This document shows, one piece after another, positions 48,236 to 58,695 of a stretch of DNA of 64,000 nt; position 1 is the stretch's first letter; the number at the start of each line of letters is the position of its first letter. Origin of the DNA: Brevirhabdus sp. GTDB lineage: Bacteria; Pseudomonadota; Alphaproteobacteria; Rhodobacterales; Rhodobacteraceae. Made by a program: the position numbers and the translations under genes. The notes under the pieces were generated by a model. That model saw only the letters and a list, made by a program, of their open reading frames with translations, ran no database searches and was not told the origin of the DNA. The stretch is taken from the NCBI GenBank assembly GCA_047518005.1, contig JAKZRT010000011.1, forward strand, positions 3,701-67,700. The letters are read 5' to 3'.

Positions 48236-48787
48236 CTAAGGAATAATCCGGGTATATTTCGTGCCCTCAATCGTCGCCCCGGCGATCAACCCCGACTGGG
48301 CGAAAATCACCGCCTCGATCGGATGCTGCACCTCGTTGAGGTCAAGCCCAAATGAAACCGCGTCCGAATTCAGCGCATAGCGCGCGCCAGCCCCCGCCGA
48401 CCAGCCATCCGAGGCGCGGAAATCGGCCAGTGCCTGGTCGGTCATGAAAAACAGAACCTGGCTGTATTGCTGCGCTCCTAACTGGAGGCCGACACTGGCC
48501 TGCGCTGCCGAATAATAGTCGACCGATATGCCGTTGATCCGCAGCACCCCGCGCCCGAAACCGCCACCCAGCCCGAACCCGGCCTGGGTGATCAGCGGCA
48601 TGATCAGAACACCACTGGCGCGGTCGGCCAATTGCCGCGTACCCGGCGCAGTTCCCAAGAGAAAGTTCAGCGCTGCATCGGCCGAGGCGTCGATTTTTCC
48701 GCTGCCGTCACCGCCGATACCGTTGCCGCAGGCTGCAAGCGCCATCAGGCACAGGCCTCCAGCCAGGAATACGCGCCGCGATTTCAT
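48236..48787 (-). CDS. SYLF (DUF500)-domain lipoprotein
   Basis: Signal/lipobox MKSRRVFLAGGLCLMALAAC, then GVLIMPLITQAGFGLGGGFGRGVL...GATIEGTKYTRI, typical of SYLF/Ysc84-like domains. The start is 48787 or 48802 (both ATG). Confidence 0.7.
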   Translation of the reverse strand: MKSRRVFLAGGLCLMALAACGNGIGGDGSGKIDASADAALNFLLGTAPGTRQLADRASGVLIMPLITQAGFGLGGGFGRGVLRINGISVDYYSAAQASVGLQLGAQQYSQVLFFMTDQALADFRASDGWSAGAGARYALNSDAVSFGLDLNEVQHPIEAVIFAQSGLIAGATIEGTKYTRIIP

Positions 48788-48919
48788 TGATTTCAGCCCC
48801 ATGTGCTCACCCTCAAATGCAAGTTGATCCAACCTTTCATGGCCGGTTTGCGCGGCAGTATAGATGAGTTTCGCAGGTCCGTCACGGGGGCTTTGAAACG
48901 CGCCGTGGCGGCGCGAAAA

Positions 48920-50587
<1,668 letters not shown>

Positions 50588-50632
50588 ACTCTGCGGTTGA
50601 CTTGGGCGGCTGGCGCGCTAGGTCACGCCTCC

Positions 50633-53600
50633 ATGCAGGACACCCGGAAAATAACGGCCGGCGGTGCGCCCGAGGGCTTTGACGCGCAGCTGGTGCTGGC
50701 CGAACTGCGCCGCTCGGGTCGCGCCGTCCTTCACATCGCGCGTGACGACAAGCGTCTGGTGGCGATGCGCGCCGCGCTCGGGTTCTTTGCCCCCGAGGTT
50801 CCGGTGCTGGACTTTCCGGCCTGGGATTGCGTGCCCTATGACCGGGTCTCGCCCAACCCGGATGTCTCGGCGGCGCGCATGGCGACGCTGGCCGCCCTGG
50901 CGCGGGGGATGCCGGATGGCATTGTCGTGCTGACCACCCTGAACGCCGCGACCCAGAAAGTTCCCACGCGCGAAGTTCTGCGCGGGTCGGGGTTCACGGC
51001 GCAGGTGGGCCAACGGATGGACGAAGCGGCGCTGCGCATCTATCTGGCCCGCATGGGGTTTGCCCAATGCCCCACTGTCACCGAACCCGGCGACTTTGCG
51101 GTGCGCGGCGGGATCATCGACATCTATCCGCCCGGCGAGGGCGGCCCGGTGCGGCTCGATCTCTTTGGCGACGTGCTGGACGGTGCGCGACGGTTTGACC
51201 CGGCAACGCAACGCACCACCGAAAAACTTGATGTGGTCGAATTGGCCCCGGTCAGCGAAGTTATCTTGGACCAGGCCGCGATCACCCGGTTCCGCCAAAA
51301 TTACCGGATCGAATTTGGCGCGGCAGGCACCGACGACCCGCTTTACGAGGCGATCAGCGCCGGGCGCAAGCACGCGGGGTCCGAACATTGGCTGCCGTAC
51401 TTCCACGACCACCTCGAGACTATATTTGATTACCTTCCCGAAGCGGTGATAACTCTGGACGATCAGGTCACCCCGTCGCGTCTGGCCAGATGGGAGGCGG
51501 TCGCCGATCAGTATCAGACCCGGCTGCACGCGCTCGAGCAAAAAGGCCGGCATGACACAATCTATAAACCCGCAGCACCCGGGCTGATGTATCTTGATGA
51601 CGCGGCGTTTGCCAAAGCCACAGCCGGGCGCCGCATCGTGGCGTTCCACCCCTTGGCCCAGGCGTCCGGACCCGGGGTGATCGACGCGGGCGGGCGGATC
51701 GGACGCAATTTTTCGCCCGAACGGCAACTGGAGGGCGTGAACCTTTTTGGCACGCTGGCCGATCACATCCGCGCCCGCATGGCAGACGGGCCGGTTGTGG
51801 TCGCCAGCTATTCCCAAGGCGCGCGCGAGCGGCTCGAGGGGCTTCTGGTCGACCAGGACCTGACCGGCGGGCGCCGTGTTGGGCATGCAAGCGACGTGAG
51901 CGCTGGCCTGAACCTGGCGGTCTGGCCGCTCGAGGCCGGGTTCCAGACCAGCGATCTGACGGTGATTTCCGAACAAGACGTGCTGGGCGACCGCCTGATC
52001 CGCGCCCCCAAGCGCAAACGCCGCGCCGAGAACTTTCTGACCGAGGCCCAATCGCTTAGCCCCGGTGATTTGGTGGTTCACGTCGACCACGGTGTCGGGC
52101 GGTTTGGCGGGCTCGAGGTGATCACCGCCGCCGGGGCCGCGCACGAATGTCTGGCGCTGGAATACGCCGAAAAATCCAAGCTCTACCTTCCGGTCGAAAA
52201 TATCGAACTGCTCAGCCGCTTTGGCCACGACGAGGGGCTTTTGGACCGCCTTGGCGGCGGAGCGTGGCAGGCCAAGAAAGCAAAGCTGAAAGACCGCATC
52301 CGCGACATGGCCGACCGGTTGATCCGCGTCGCCGCCGAGCGCGCCTTGCGCACCGCCCCGGTGATGGCCCCGCCCGATGGCATGTGGGACGGATTCTCGG
52401 CGCGCTTTCCCTACGAGGAAACAGACGACCAACAGGGCGCAATAGCTGATGTTTTGGACGACCTTGCGCGGGGAACCCCGATGGACCGTCTGGTTTGCGG
52501 CGACGTCGGTTTCGGCAAGACCGAGGTTGCCATGCGCGCGGCCTTTGTCGCAGCCATGTCGGGCGCGCAAGTCGCGGTGATCGCCCCCACCACGCTGTTG
52601 TCGCGCCAGCACACCAACAGTTTCGCCGAACGTTTCCGGGGTTTTCCGGTCGAGGTTCGACAGTTGTCACGCTTTGTCAGCGGCAAAGAGGCGCAGGCCA
52701 CGCGCGATGCGCTGTCGCGCGGCACTTGTGACATCGTGATCGGTACCCACGCTCTGCTGGCCCAATCGGTGCGGTTCAAAAATCTCGGGCTTTTGATCGT
52801 TGACGAAGAACAGCACTTTGGCGTCACCCACAAGGAACGGCTGAAGGCCCTGCGCAGCGACGTGCATGTGCTGACCCTGACCGCCACGCCGATCCCGCGC
52901 ACCCTGCAACTCAGCCTCTCGGGCGTTCGTGAACTCAGCATCATCGGAACGCCCCCGATCGACCGACTGGCGATTCGAACCTATATCAGCGAATTCGACA
53001 GCGTCACCATTCGCGAGGCCTTGCTCCGCGAACACTATCGCGGCGGACAGTCGTTTTACGTGGTGCCGCGGATCAGCGACCTGACCAAGATCGAAGCCTT
53101 CCTCCAGGACCAATTGCCCGAACTGACCTACGTTGTGGCGCACGGGCAGATGGCGGCGCGCCAGCTCGATGACCGGATGAACGCCTTTTACGACGGCAAA
53201 TACGATGTGCTTCTGGCCACCACGATTGTCGAATCGGGGCTGGATATTCCGACCGCCAACACGATGGTGATCCACCGCGCCGATATGTTCGGCCTTGCCC
53301 AGCTGCATCAGATCCGCGGCCGGGTTGGCCGGTCAAAAATCCGCGCCTATGCCTATCTGACCACGCGCCCGCGCAAGCCGCTGACCGCCACGGCAGAAAA
53401 ACGCCTGCGCATTCTGGGGTCGCTCGACGCCCTTGGGGCCGGGTTCACGCTGGCCGCCCAGGACCTGGACATCCGAGGTGCTGGCAACCTCTTGGGCGAA
53501 GAACAATCGGGTAATATTCGCGAAGTCGGTTACGAGCTTTACCAATCGATGCTGGAAGAAGCGATCGCCAAGATCAAAGCAGGCGAGATCGAGGGCCTCA

Positions 53601-54070
53601 GCGAGGCCGACGGCCAATGGGCACCGCAACTGAACCTGGGCGTGTCGGTTTTGATCCCGGAAAAATACGTGCCCGACCTGGATGTGCGCCTGGGGCTGTA
53701 TCGTCGGCTCTCCGGGCTGGCCAAAAAGGTCGAGCTGGAAGGCTTTGCCGCCGAACTGATCGACCGGTTCGGGGCGCTGCCCAACGACGTCAACACGCTG
53801 CTGACGGTGGTGCGCATCAAGGCGATGTGCAAACGCGCCGGCATCGCCAAACTCGATGCTGGCCCGAAAGGCGCGACCATTCAGTTCTGGAACGATAAAT
53901 ACGCCTCGCCCAAGGGGTTGGTCGATTTCATCGAAGCCCAGCGTGGGCTGGCCAAGGTGCGCAACAACAAGATCGTCATCCGCCGCGACTGGAAGCAAGA
54001 CAGCGACCGGATACGGGGGGCCTTTGCGATTGCGCGCGATCTGGCGGTTCATGCCAAGGCCGCCGGGTGA
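50633..54070 (+). CDS. mfd: Transcription-repair coupling factor
   Basis: About 1145 aa with a UvrB-homology N-terminus, an RNAP-interaction domain, the DEAD/H helicase motifs GDVGFGKTEVA and DEEQHFG, and a TRG motif region. ATG at 50633 preferred over the track's TTG at 50597. Confidence 0.95.
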   Translation: MQDTRKITAGGAPEGFDAQLVLAELRRSGRAVLHIARDDKRLVAMRAALGFFAPEVPVLDFPAWDCVPYDRVSPNPDVSAARMATLAALARGMPDGIVVLTTLNAATQKVPTREVLRGSGFTAQVGQRMDEAALRIYLARMGFAQCPTVTEPGDFAVRGGIIDIYPPGEGGPVRLDLFGDVLDGARRFDPATQRTTEKLDVVELAPVSEVILDQAAITRFRQNYRIEFGAAGTDDPLYEAISAGRKHAGSEHWLPYFHDHLETIFDYLPEAVITLDDQVTPSRLARWEAVADQYQTRLHALEQKGRHDTIYKPAAPGLMYLDDAAFAKATAGRRIVAFHPLAQASGPGVIDAGGRIGRNFSPERQLEGVNLFGTLADHIRARMADGPVVVASYSQGARERLEGLLVDQDLTGGRRVGHASDVSAGLNLAVWPLEAGFQTSDLTVISEQDVLGDRLIRAPKRKRRAENFLTEAQSLSPGDLVVHVDHGVGRFGGLEVITAAGAAHECLALEYAEKSKLYLPVENIELLSRFGHDEGLLDRLGGGAWQAKKAKLKDRIRDMADRLIRVAAERALRTAPVMAPPDGMWDGFSARFPYEETDDQQGAIADVLDDLARGTPMDRLVCGDVGFGKTEVAMRAAFVAAMSGAQVAVIAPTTLLSRQHTNSFAERFRGFPVEVRQLSRFVSGKEAQATRDALSRGTCDIVIGTHALLAQSVRFKNLGLLIVDEEQHFGVTHKERLKALRSDVHVLTLTATPIPRTLQLSLSGVRELSIIGTPPIDRLAIRTYISEFDSVTIREALLREHYRGGQSFYVVPRISDLTKIEAFLQDQLPELTYVVAHGQMAARQLDDRMNAFYDGKYDVLLATTIVESGLDIPTANTMVIHRADMFGLAQLHQIRGRVGRSKIRAYAYLTTRPRKPLTATAEKRLRILGSLDALGAGFTLAAQDLDIRGAGNLLGEEQSGNIREVGYELYQSMLEEAIAKIKAGEIEGLSEADGQWAPQLNLGVSVLIPEKYVPDLDVRLGLYRRLSGLAKKVELEGFAAELIDRFGALPNDVNTLLTVVRIKAMCKRAGIAKLDAGPKGATIQFWNDKYASPKGLVDFIEAQRGLAKVRNNKIVIRRDWKQDSDRIRGAFAIARDLAVHAKAAG

Positions 54071-54137
54071 CACCGATACTGGTCATGCACGCACACGCGG
54101 CCTATAAGCGCGCCAGCAAGATTGCGGGCAGCAAGCG

Positions 54138-54830
54138 ATGACGTGGCTATCGAAATTCGGCTGGGGGATATTCTGGTTTCTCAGCTTTCTCGGCGCGTTG
54201 CTGGCGTTCCGGTTCGTTCCTGCCGGGTTTTCCAACGGCTTTTTGCCAAATCTTGACCAGGGCCTTGGACGGGCGCTTTACGATGGTGTCTTTGTCGGGA
54301 TCAGGCAGGATTTCAGCCACATCTTTTATCACGTGCAGGACCGGCTGACGCCTTTGCTGGTGCATATGCTGATCGGTGTTGTCGCGATTACCATCGTGCC
54401 GTTTCAGTTGTGGCGGCGGTTTCGCAACCGGCATCTGAACTGGCACCGCTGGATGGGGTGCATCGCGGTTATGGCGGTGATCTTTTCCGGCTTGGGGTCG
54501 ATGCGTCTGGCAGTGAACATGGATATTCCGGTCTGGGGGCAGGTCGGCTTTGTCACCGGCGCGTTTGTCTGGATCGGCTCGGTGCTTTGGGCGACCTGGG
54601 CGATCCTGCAGAATAACGTGGCGCGCCACCAATGGTGGATGGTCATTGTCGCCGCCATGACCTTCGGCGCGGTTATGATCCGGCTCGAGTTTCCAATCTG
54701 GCGCCAGTTCTTTCCGTTTCCCATCGCCTATGCATGTGTGGCCTGGTCAAGCTGGGTGCTGAACCTTGTCGCGGTCGCCCTCTGGCGCTTGGGTCGCGGC
54801 TGGTCGCGCCAGCGACGGGCGCGTGCTTGA
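54138..54830 (+). CDS. Polytopic membrane protein (possibly DUF2306 family)
   Basis: 230 aa with about 6 TM segments. ATG verified at 54138. The family call is tentative. Confidence 0.6.
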   Translation: MTWLSKFGWGIFWFLSFLGALLAFRFVPAGFSNGFLPNLDQGLGRALYDGVFVGIRQDFSHIFYHVQDRLTPLLVHMLIGVVAITIVPFQLWRRFRNRHLNWHRWMGCIAVMAVIFSGLGSMRLAVNMDIPVWGQVGFVTGAFVWIGSVLWATWAILQNNVARHQWWMVIVAAMTFGAVMIRLEFPIWRQFFPFPIAYACVAWSSWVLNLVAVALWRLGRGWSRQRRARA

Positions 54831-54844
54831 GAATTTCACCGTTG

Positions 54845-56062
54845 CTATACGAGCGTTTCAGCTTTTTCACCGCGCGTGAATTGCATCAACACTGCAGCGA
54901 CAACCGCAAAACTGAAAACACTGATCGCAAGTGGCAGCGGCGTGCCGTCAAAGGCCAGACCAATCGGTGCGGCCAACAGAACCCCGGCCACGGTCGAGAT
55001 CGACGAGATGAGCGAGGCCGCAAGCCCGGCGATATGCCCCATCGGCTCCAGCGCCAGCGCGTTGAGATTTCCCAGTGTCATTCCGGTCATGAAAAAGATC
55101 GAGGTAGTCCAGGTTATGTAGCCGGCAAAATAGAGACCGTCCGGCCAAAGCCCCAGACCTGTCACCAGCGCCATGGTGCCCGACAGGACCACTTGTGCGG
55201 CGAGCGCGGTGAAAACCATTTTGCGCATTCCAAGCCGAACCACCAGCCGCGCGTTCAGGATCGATGCGGTCGCGGCTATGAGCGCGATGATGGCGAACCA
55301 GCGCGGAAACGCTTCGCCCCGATCGAAGTGCAGATCAAAGATCGGCTGGGTCGAGACCAGCACTGCAAAAAGCATCCCGATACTCAAGGACTGAACCGCG
55401 ACCGTAACCATCACCACCCGGTTTCCCAGAACCTCGCGAATTCCCGCGCTGATGCGCCCGGCGCTCAGCGGGCGACGCGCGCCGCGCGGCAGCGTCTCAA
55501 CCTGGCGTAACCCCAGCCAGGTTGCGGTAATCAGTGCAAAGCCCACGAACGCCAGATAAATTGCGCGCCAGCTCCAGATGTCGATGATCAAGGCTCCGAC
55601 AAGCGGTGCCATGGCCGGGACAAGCGAAAAAACCAGCATCATGAATGACATTATCCGCGCCATTTCGCGGCCCGCGTAAAGATCGCGCACCATGGCCAAT
55701 CCGACCGTGCGCGGCCCTGCGGCACCCAGCCCTTGCAGGACCCGGGCGGCGATGATCAATTCCAGCGTCTCGGCGCGCCACGCCAACAGCGCGCCCAAGA
55801 CATAGATCGCCGCCGAAACCAAAATCACCGGCTTGCGCCCGAAATGGTCCGACAAAGGTCCCATGACCAGCGTGCCCAGGCCCATCCCCAGCACGAATGC
55901 GGTGATAATGTATTGGGCGCGATTGGGCGCATGCGGCGTCAGGCTCTGCCCGATCTCGGTCAGGGCGGGCAGCATCGTGTCGACCGAAAAAGCCACCATG
56001 GCGAAATGCATCGCCATCAGCACGATGAACTCGGGCTGCGAAAGGCGCTTTGGGCCGGTCAT
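54845..56062 (-). CDS. MFS transporter, Bcr/CflA-type drug-resistance subfamily
   Basis: 12-TM MFS with an N-terminus like Bcr/CflA proteins. The ATG at 56062 overlaps the upstream stop (ATGA). Confidence 0.85.
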   Translation of the reverse strand: MTGPKRLSQPEFIVLMAMHFAMVAFSVDTMLPALTEIGQSLTPHAPNRAQYIITAFVLGMGLGTLVMGPLSDHFGRKPVILVSAAIYVLGALLAWRAETLELIIAARVLQGLGAAGPRTVGLAMVRDLYAGREMARIMSFMMLVFSLVPAMAPLVGALIIDIWSWRAIYLAFVGFALITATWLGLRQVETLPRGARRPLSAGRISAGIREVLGNRVVMVTVAVQSLSIGMLFAVLVSTQPIFDLHFDRGEAFPRWFAIIALIAATASILNARLVVRLGMRKMVFTALAAQVVLSGTMALVTGLGLWPDGLYFAGYITWTTSIFFMTGMTLGNLNALALEPMGHIAGLAASLISSISTVAGVLLAAPIGLAFDGTPLPLAISVFSFAVVAAVLMQFTRGEKAETLV

Positions 56063-56715
56063 TGCGGGGTCTCGGCCTGGCCCTGCACCCCATGCGCGGC
56101 CTCTTCGATCACCCGGTCCCACAATTCGGGCGGCTGTGCGCCCACAACAACATGCTGGTTGGCGACAACAAAGGTCGGCACCCCGCTGACACCGCGTTCG
56201 CGCGCATTCCGGTCGCGGGCCTTGATGTCGTCGATGTCGGCGTCTGACCCAATCAGCCGCCCGGTCACCGCCCGGTCCAGCCCCGTCGCCGCGGCAATAT
56301 CCAGCAGCACCTCGCGATCGCCAATATCGCGGCCCTCGTCAAAATAGGCCTTGAACAGCGCCGAGACCACCGCCGTCTGCCGCCCGTCGAGCCCGGACCA
56401 ATGAACCAGCCGATGTGCGTCGATGGTGTTTGGCGTCGTCTTGATGGCTCCGAAGTTAATCGCCAGTCCGGCCGCTTCGCCAGCTTCGGCGATCCGGGCG
56501 TAGGTCTGGATCGCGGCCTCGCGCCCGCCAAATTTCGCCTCCAGATATTCGCGCCGGTCCATGCCGTCCGGCGGCATGTCGGGGTTCAACTGGAACGGAT
56601 GCCACTCAATTTCGAACGAATGTTCGGGGTGGCGTTCCAGCGCCCGGTCCAGATTTGCCTTGCCGATATAGCACCACGGGCAGATCGGATCCGAGATGAT
56701 ATCAAGTTTTATCAT
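56059..56715 (-). CDS. DsbA-family oxidoreductase (FrnE / 2-hydroxychromene-2-carboxylate isomerase-like)
   Basis: MIKLDIISDPICPWCYIGK CPWC motif. ATG verified at 56715, overlapping the ligase gene's 3' end by 14 nt. Confidence 0.85.
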   Translation of the reverse strand: MIKLDIISDPICPWCYIGKANLDRALERHPEHSFEIEWHPFQLNPDMPPDGMDRREYLEAKFGGREAAIQTYARIAEAGEAAGLAINFGAIKTTPNTIDAHRLVHWSGLDGRQTAVVSALFKAYFDEGRDIGDREVLLDIAAATGLDRAVTGRLIGSDADIDDIKARDRNARERGVSGVPTFVVANQHVVVGAQPPELWDRVIEEAAHGVQGQAETPQ

Positions 56716-58231
56716 GAGGCCCTCGGTACGCCTCGCGCAGCTGGCGGCGCAAGAGCTTTCCGTTGGCACCGCGCGGCAATTCATCGACCCGAATGAACAG
56801 ACGCGGCGTTTTATATCGCGCAAGCAACGCGCGCGAGTGTTTTCCCAAGGCATCGTCGTCAAGCGGCAACTTTGAGGTGCACCAGGCCGCAATAACGGTT
56901 GTTCCGGGCTTGATTTCCACCTCTGCCACGGCGGCCTCATCAATATCCGCGTGGCAAACCAGGGCTGCTTCAACCTCGAGGGGGGAAACCCGGTAACCAC
57001 CGGCGTTCATCATGTCGTCGTCGCGGCCAAGATAGGTGACCGCCCCATCACGCGCCACCGACACCGTGTCACCGGTCAGAAACCACCCGTTGATCAGCGG
57101 CAGGGATGTCGACCCATTCGCCTCGACATAGCCAAGCATCAGCCCGGGATCGGACCTGTGGATCGCCATATTTCCGGGCGTGCCGGGGGCAACCGACCGG
57201 CCATGCTCGTCCAGGACATCCACTTGCCGCCCGTGCTGGGCAAACCCAAGCGTACCGGCAGGGGCCGCGCGATCCGGCGAGCCTGAAACGAAAGTCGAAC
57301 ATTCAGATTGGCCATAGGCCTCGTGCAGCGCGGTCCCCGTCGCATCGCCCCACTCCTTGCGCGAGACTTCTGACAGTTTTTCACCAGCACTCAGCCCGTG
57401 GCGCAGATCTGGCAGAACAATCCTGGCACCCGCTGACCTCAGTATCCTGCGATAAACCCCCGGTGCTGCTGCAAAAATCGTTGCCTGATGCTGGGCCATC
57501 AGCTGAGGCAAGGCCTCGATCTGGGTGCCATCGGCTGGGATCAACGCCGTGGCACCGCAGGCCCAGGGGTCCATCAGCCCGGTGCCAAGCGTATAGGTCC
57601 AGTTGAACGCACCCGCGTGCATTAGCCGGTCGTCGGGCGTCAGCCCGTACCAACCCGCCCACATCATCCGCCGTGCCCAGACTGCGCGGTGCGCATGCAG
57701 AACCGCGCGCGGGGCTCCGCCGGTGCCCGATGTCAGAATGATATAGCCGGGCCGGTCAGCACCGCACATCTGATAGGACGCAGGCGGATATTTTCTCAGG
57801 TCGGCGAGGTCGGCTTCGCTGATGATCTTTGCGCCGTCGGGCAGCGCCACGCCGTCGCTGGCCAAGGTCAGATGCGGGCGCAGCATTGCCGCCACACGGG
57901 TTATTTCGGCGCTGGTCAACTGAACCGAGGTTGGAATGGGAATGATGCCCACAGCAATCGCTGCCAGATAGGCTATTGGAAAACCAACCCCGTCACCAAG
58001 CCGCAACAGCACCCGGTCGCCGGGCCTCAGCCCGGTCGCCAAAAGCCCTGTCGCGGTACCCAGAATCGCGCGTTCAAGGCGCGCATAGGACCACTTTTCG
58101 CTGCCGTCCGGCCGCACCAGCGCCAGCGCGACCTTGTCCGGCGTCGCGCGTCCGGCCGTCAGCACATAATCGGCCATGTTGAACGGTTCGGGCGGCAACG
58201 ATCGCGGGCCAATATCGACGGTTGACGGCAT
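56702..58231 (-). CDS. AMP-dependent synthetase/ligase (acyl- or aryl-CoA ligase)
   Basis: AMP-binding motif ILTSGTGGAPRAV and C-terminal GKLLRR. Start taken at the ATG at 58231 (MPSTVDIG), with an alternative ATG at 58177. Confidence 0.85.
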   Translation of the reverse strand: MPSTVDIGPRSLPPEPFNMADYVLTAGRATPDKVALALVRPDGSEKWSYARLERAILGTATGLLATGLRPGDRVLLRLGDGVGFPIAYLAAIAVGIIPIPTSVQLTSAEITRVAAMLRPHLTLASDGVALPDGAKIISEADLADLRKYPPASYQMCGADRPGYIILTSGTGGAPRAVLHAHRAVWARRMMWAGWYGLTPDDRLMHAGAFNWTYTLGTGLMDPWACGATALIPADGTQIEALPQLMAQHQATIFAAAPGVYRRILRSAGARIVLPDLRHGLSAGEKLSEVSRKEWGDATGTALHEAYGQSECSTFVSGSPDRAAPAGTLGFAQHGRQVDVLDEHGRSVAPGTPGNMAIHRSDPGLMLGYVEANGSTSLPLINGWFLTGDTVSVARDGAVTYLGRDDDMMNAGGYRVSPLEVEAALVCHADIDEAAVAEVEIKPGTTVIAAWCTSKLPLDDDALGKHSRALLARYKTPRLFIRVDELPRGANGKLLRRQLREAYRGPHDKT

Positions 58232-58297
58232 GGCATCGTGGCTATGGCAGCGCGAAAGCTGTTGCAAGAGGCCGAAAGGCAGGGACACGTTCACCAG

Positions 58298-58495
58298 ATG
58301 TCTGATGGCACCTTTCCGGCGCTGACCCTGGTCCGCACCGACGATGCGGCCCTGTCAGACGCGGGTGCGGGCCCGGTCGAACCCGTCGAACTGCGACGCG
58401 GCAAAAGCGCCTGTTGCGACGCCTCAATGGGGCATAACGTGATCTCGCTCAGTCAGGACGGCGCGACAATTCTTTGGGTCACGTCGATGACCTGA
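58298..58495 (+). CDS. Possible small protein (65 aa), hypothetical
   Basis: ATG at 58298 and TGA at 58493-58495. My hand count of third-position G+C is about 74%, which is coding-like. No clear SD and no recognised family. Confidence 0.35.
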   Translation: MSDGTFPALTLVRTDDAALSDAGAGPVEPVELRRGKSACCDASMGHNVISLSQDGATILWVTSMT

Positions 58496-58533
58496 GCGAC
58501 GGGCCGCAGCGACCGGTCACCGCCAAATCGCGA

Positions 58534-58653
58534 TCAGTTGCTGACCGCGCCTTCCACAGCGCCCGCGCCGCTTGAGATATCGGATTCAAAGCCTTCCCAT
58601 GTGGCACATCCGGCGAGTGCGGTCAGGACCAGCAATAATGCAATTTTCTTCAT
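58534..58653 (-). CDS. Entericidin A/B-family small lipoprotein (39 aa)
   Basis: Below the ORF-track length cutoff. Manual translation gives MKKIALLLVLTALAGCATWEGFESDISSGAGAVEGAVSN. It has the lipobox LAGC and a Gly-rich amphipathic tail like EcnA/B, with AAGGAAA 5 nt upstream of the ATG. Confidence 0.7.
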   Translation of the reverse strand: MKKIALLLVLTALAGCATWEGFESDISSGAGAVEGAVSN

Positions 58654-58695
58654 TCCGTTTCCTTTGCTCTTCAGGTTGCCTGCTAGATTCTCATA

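Noticed and set aside
50618-52612. 664-aa minus-strand ORF antisense to mfd
   Set aside because: The plus strand is unmistakably Mfd. The antisense product is Arg/Gly/Pro/His-rich with no motifs.
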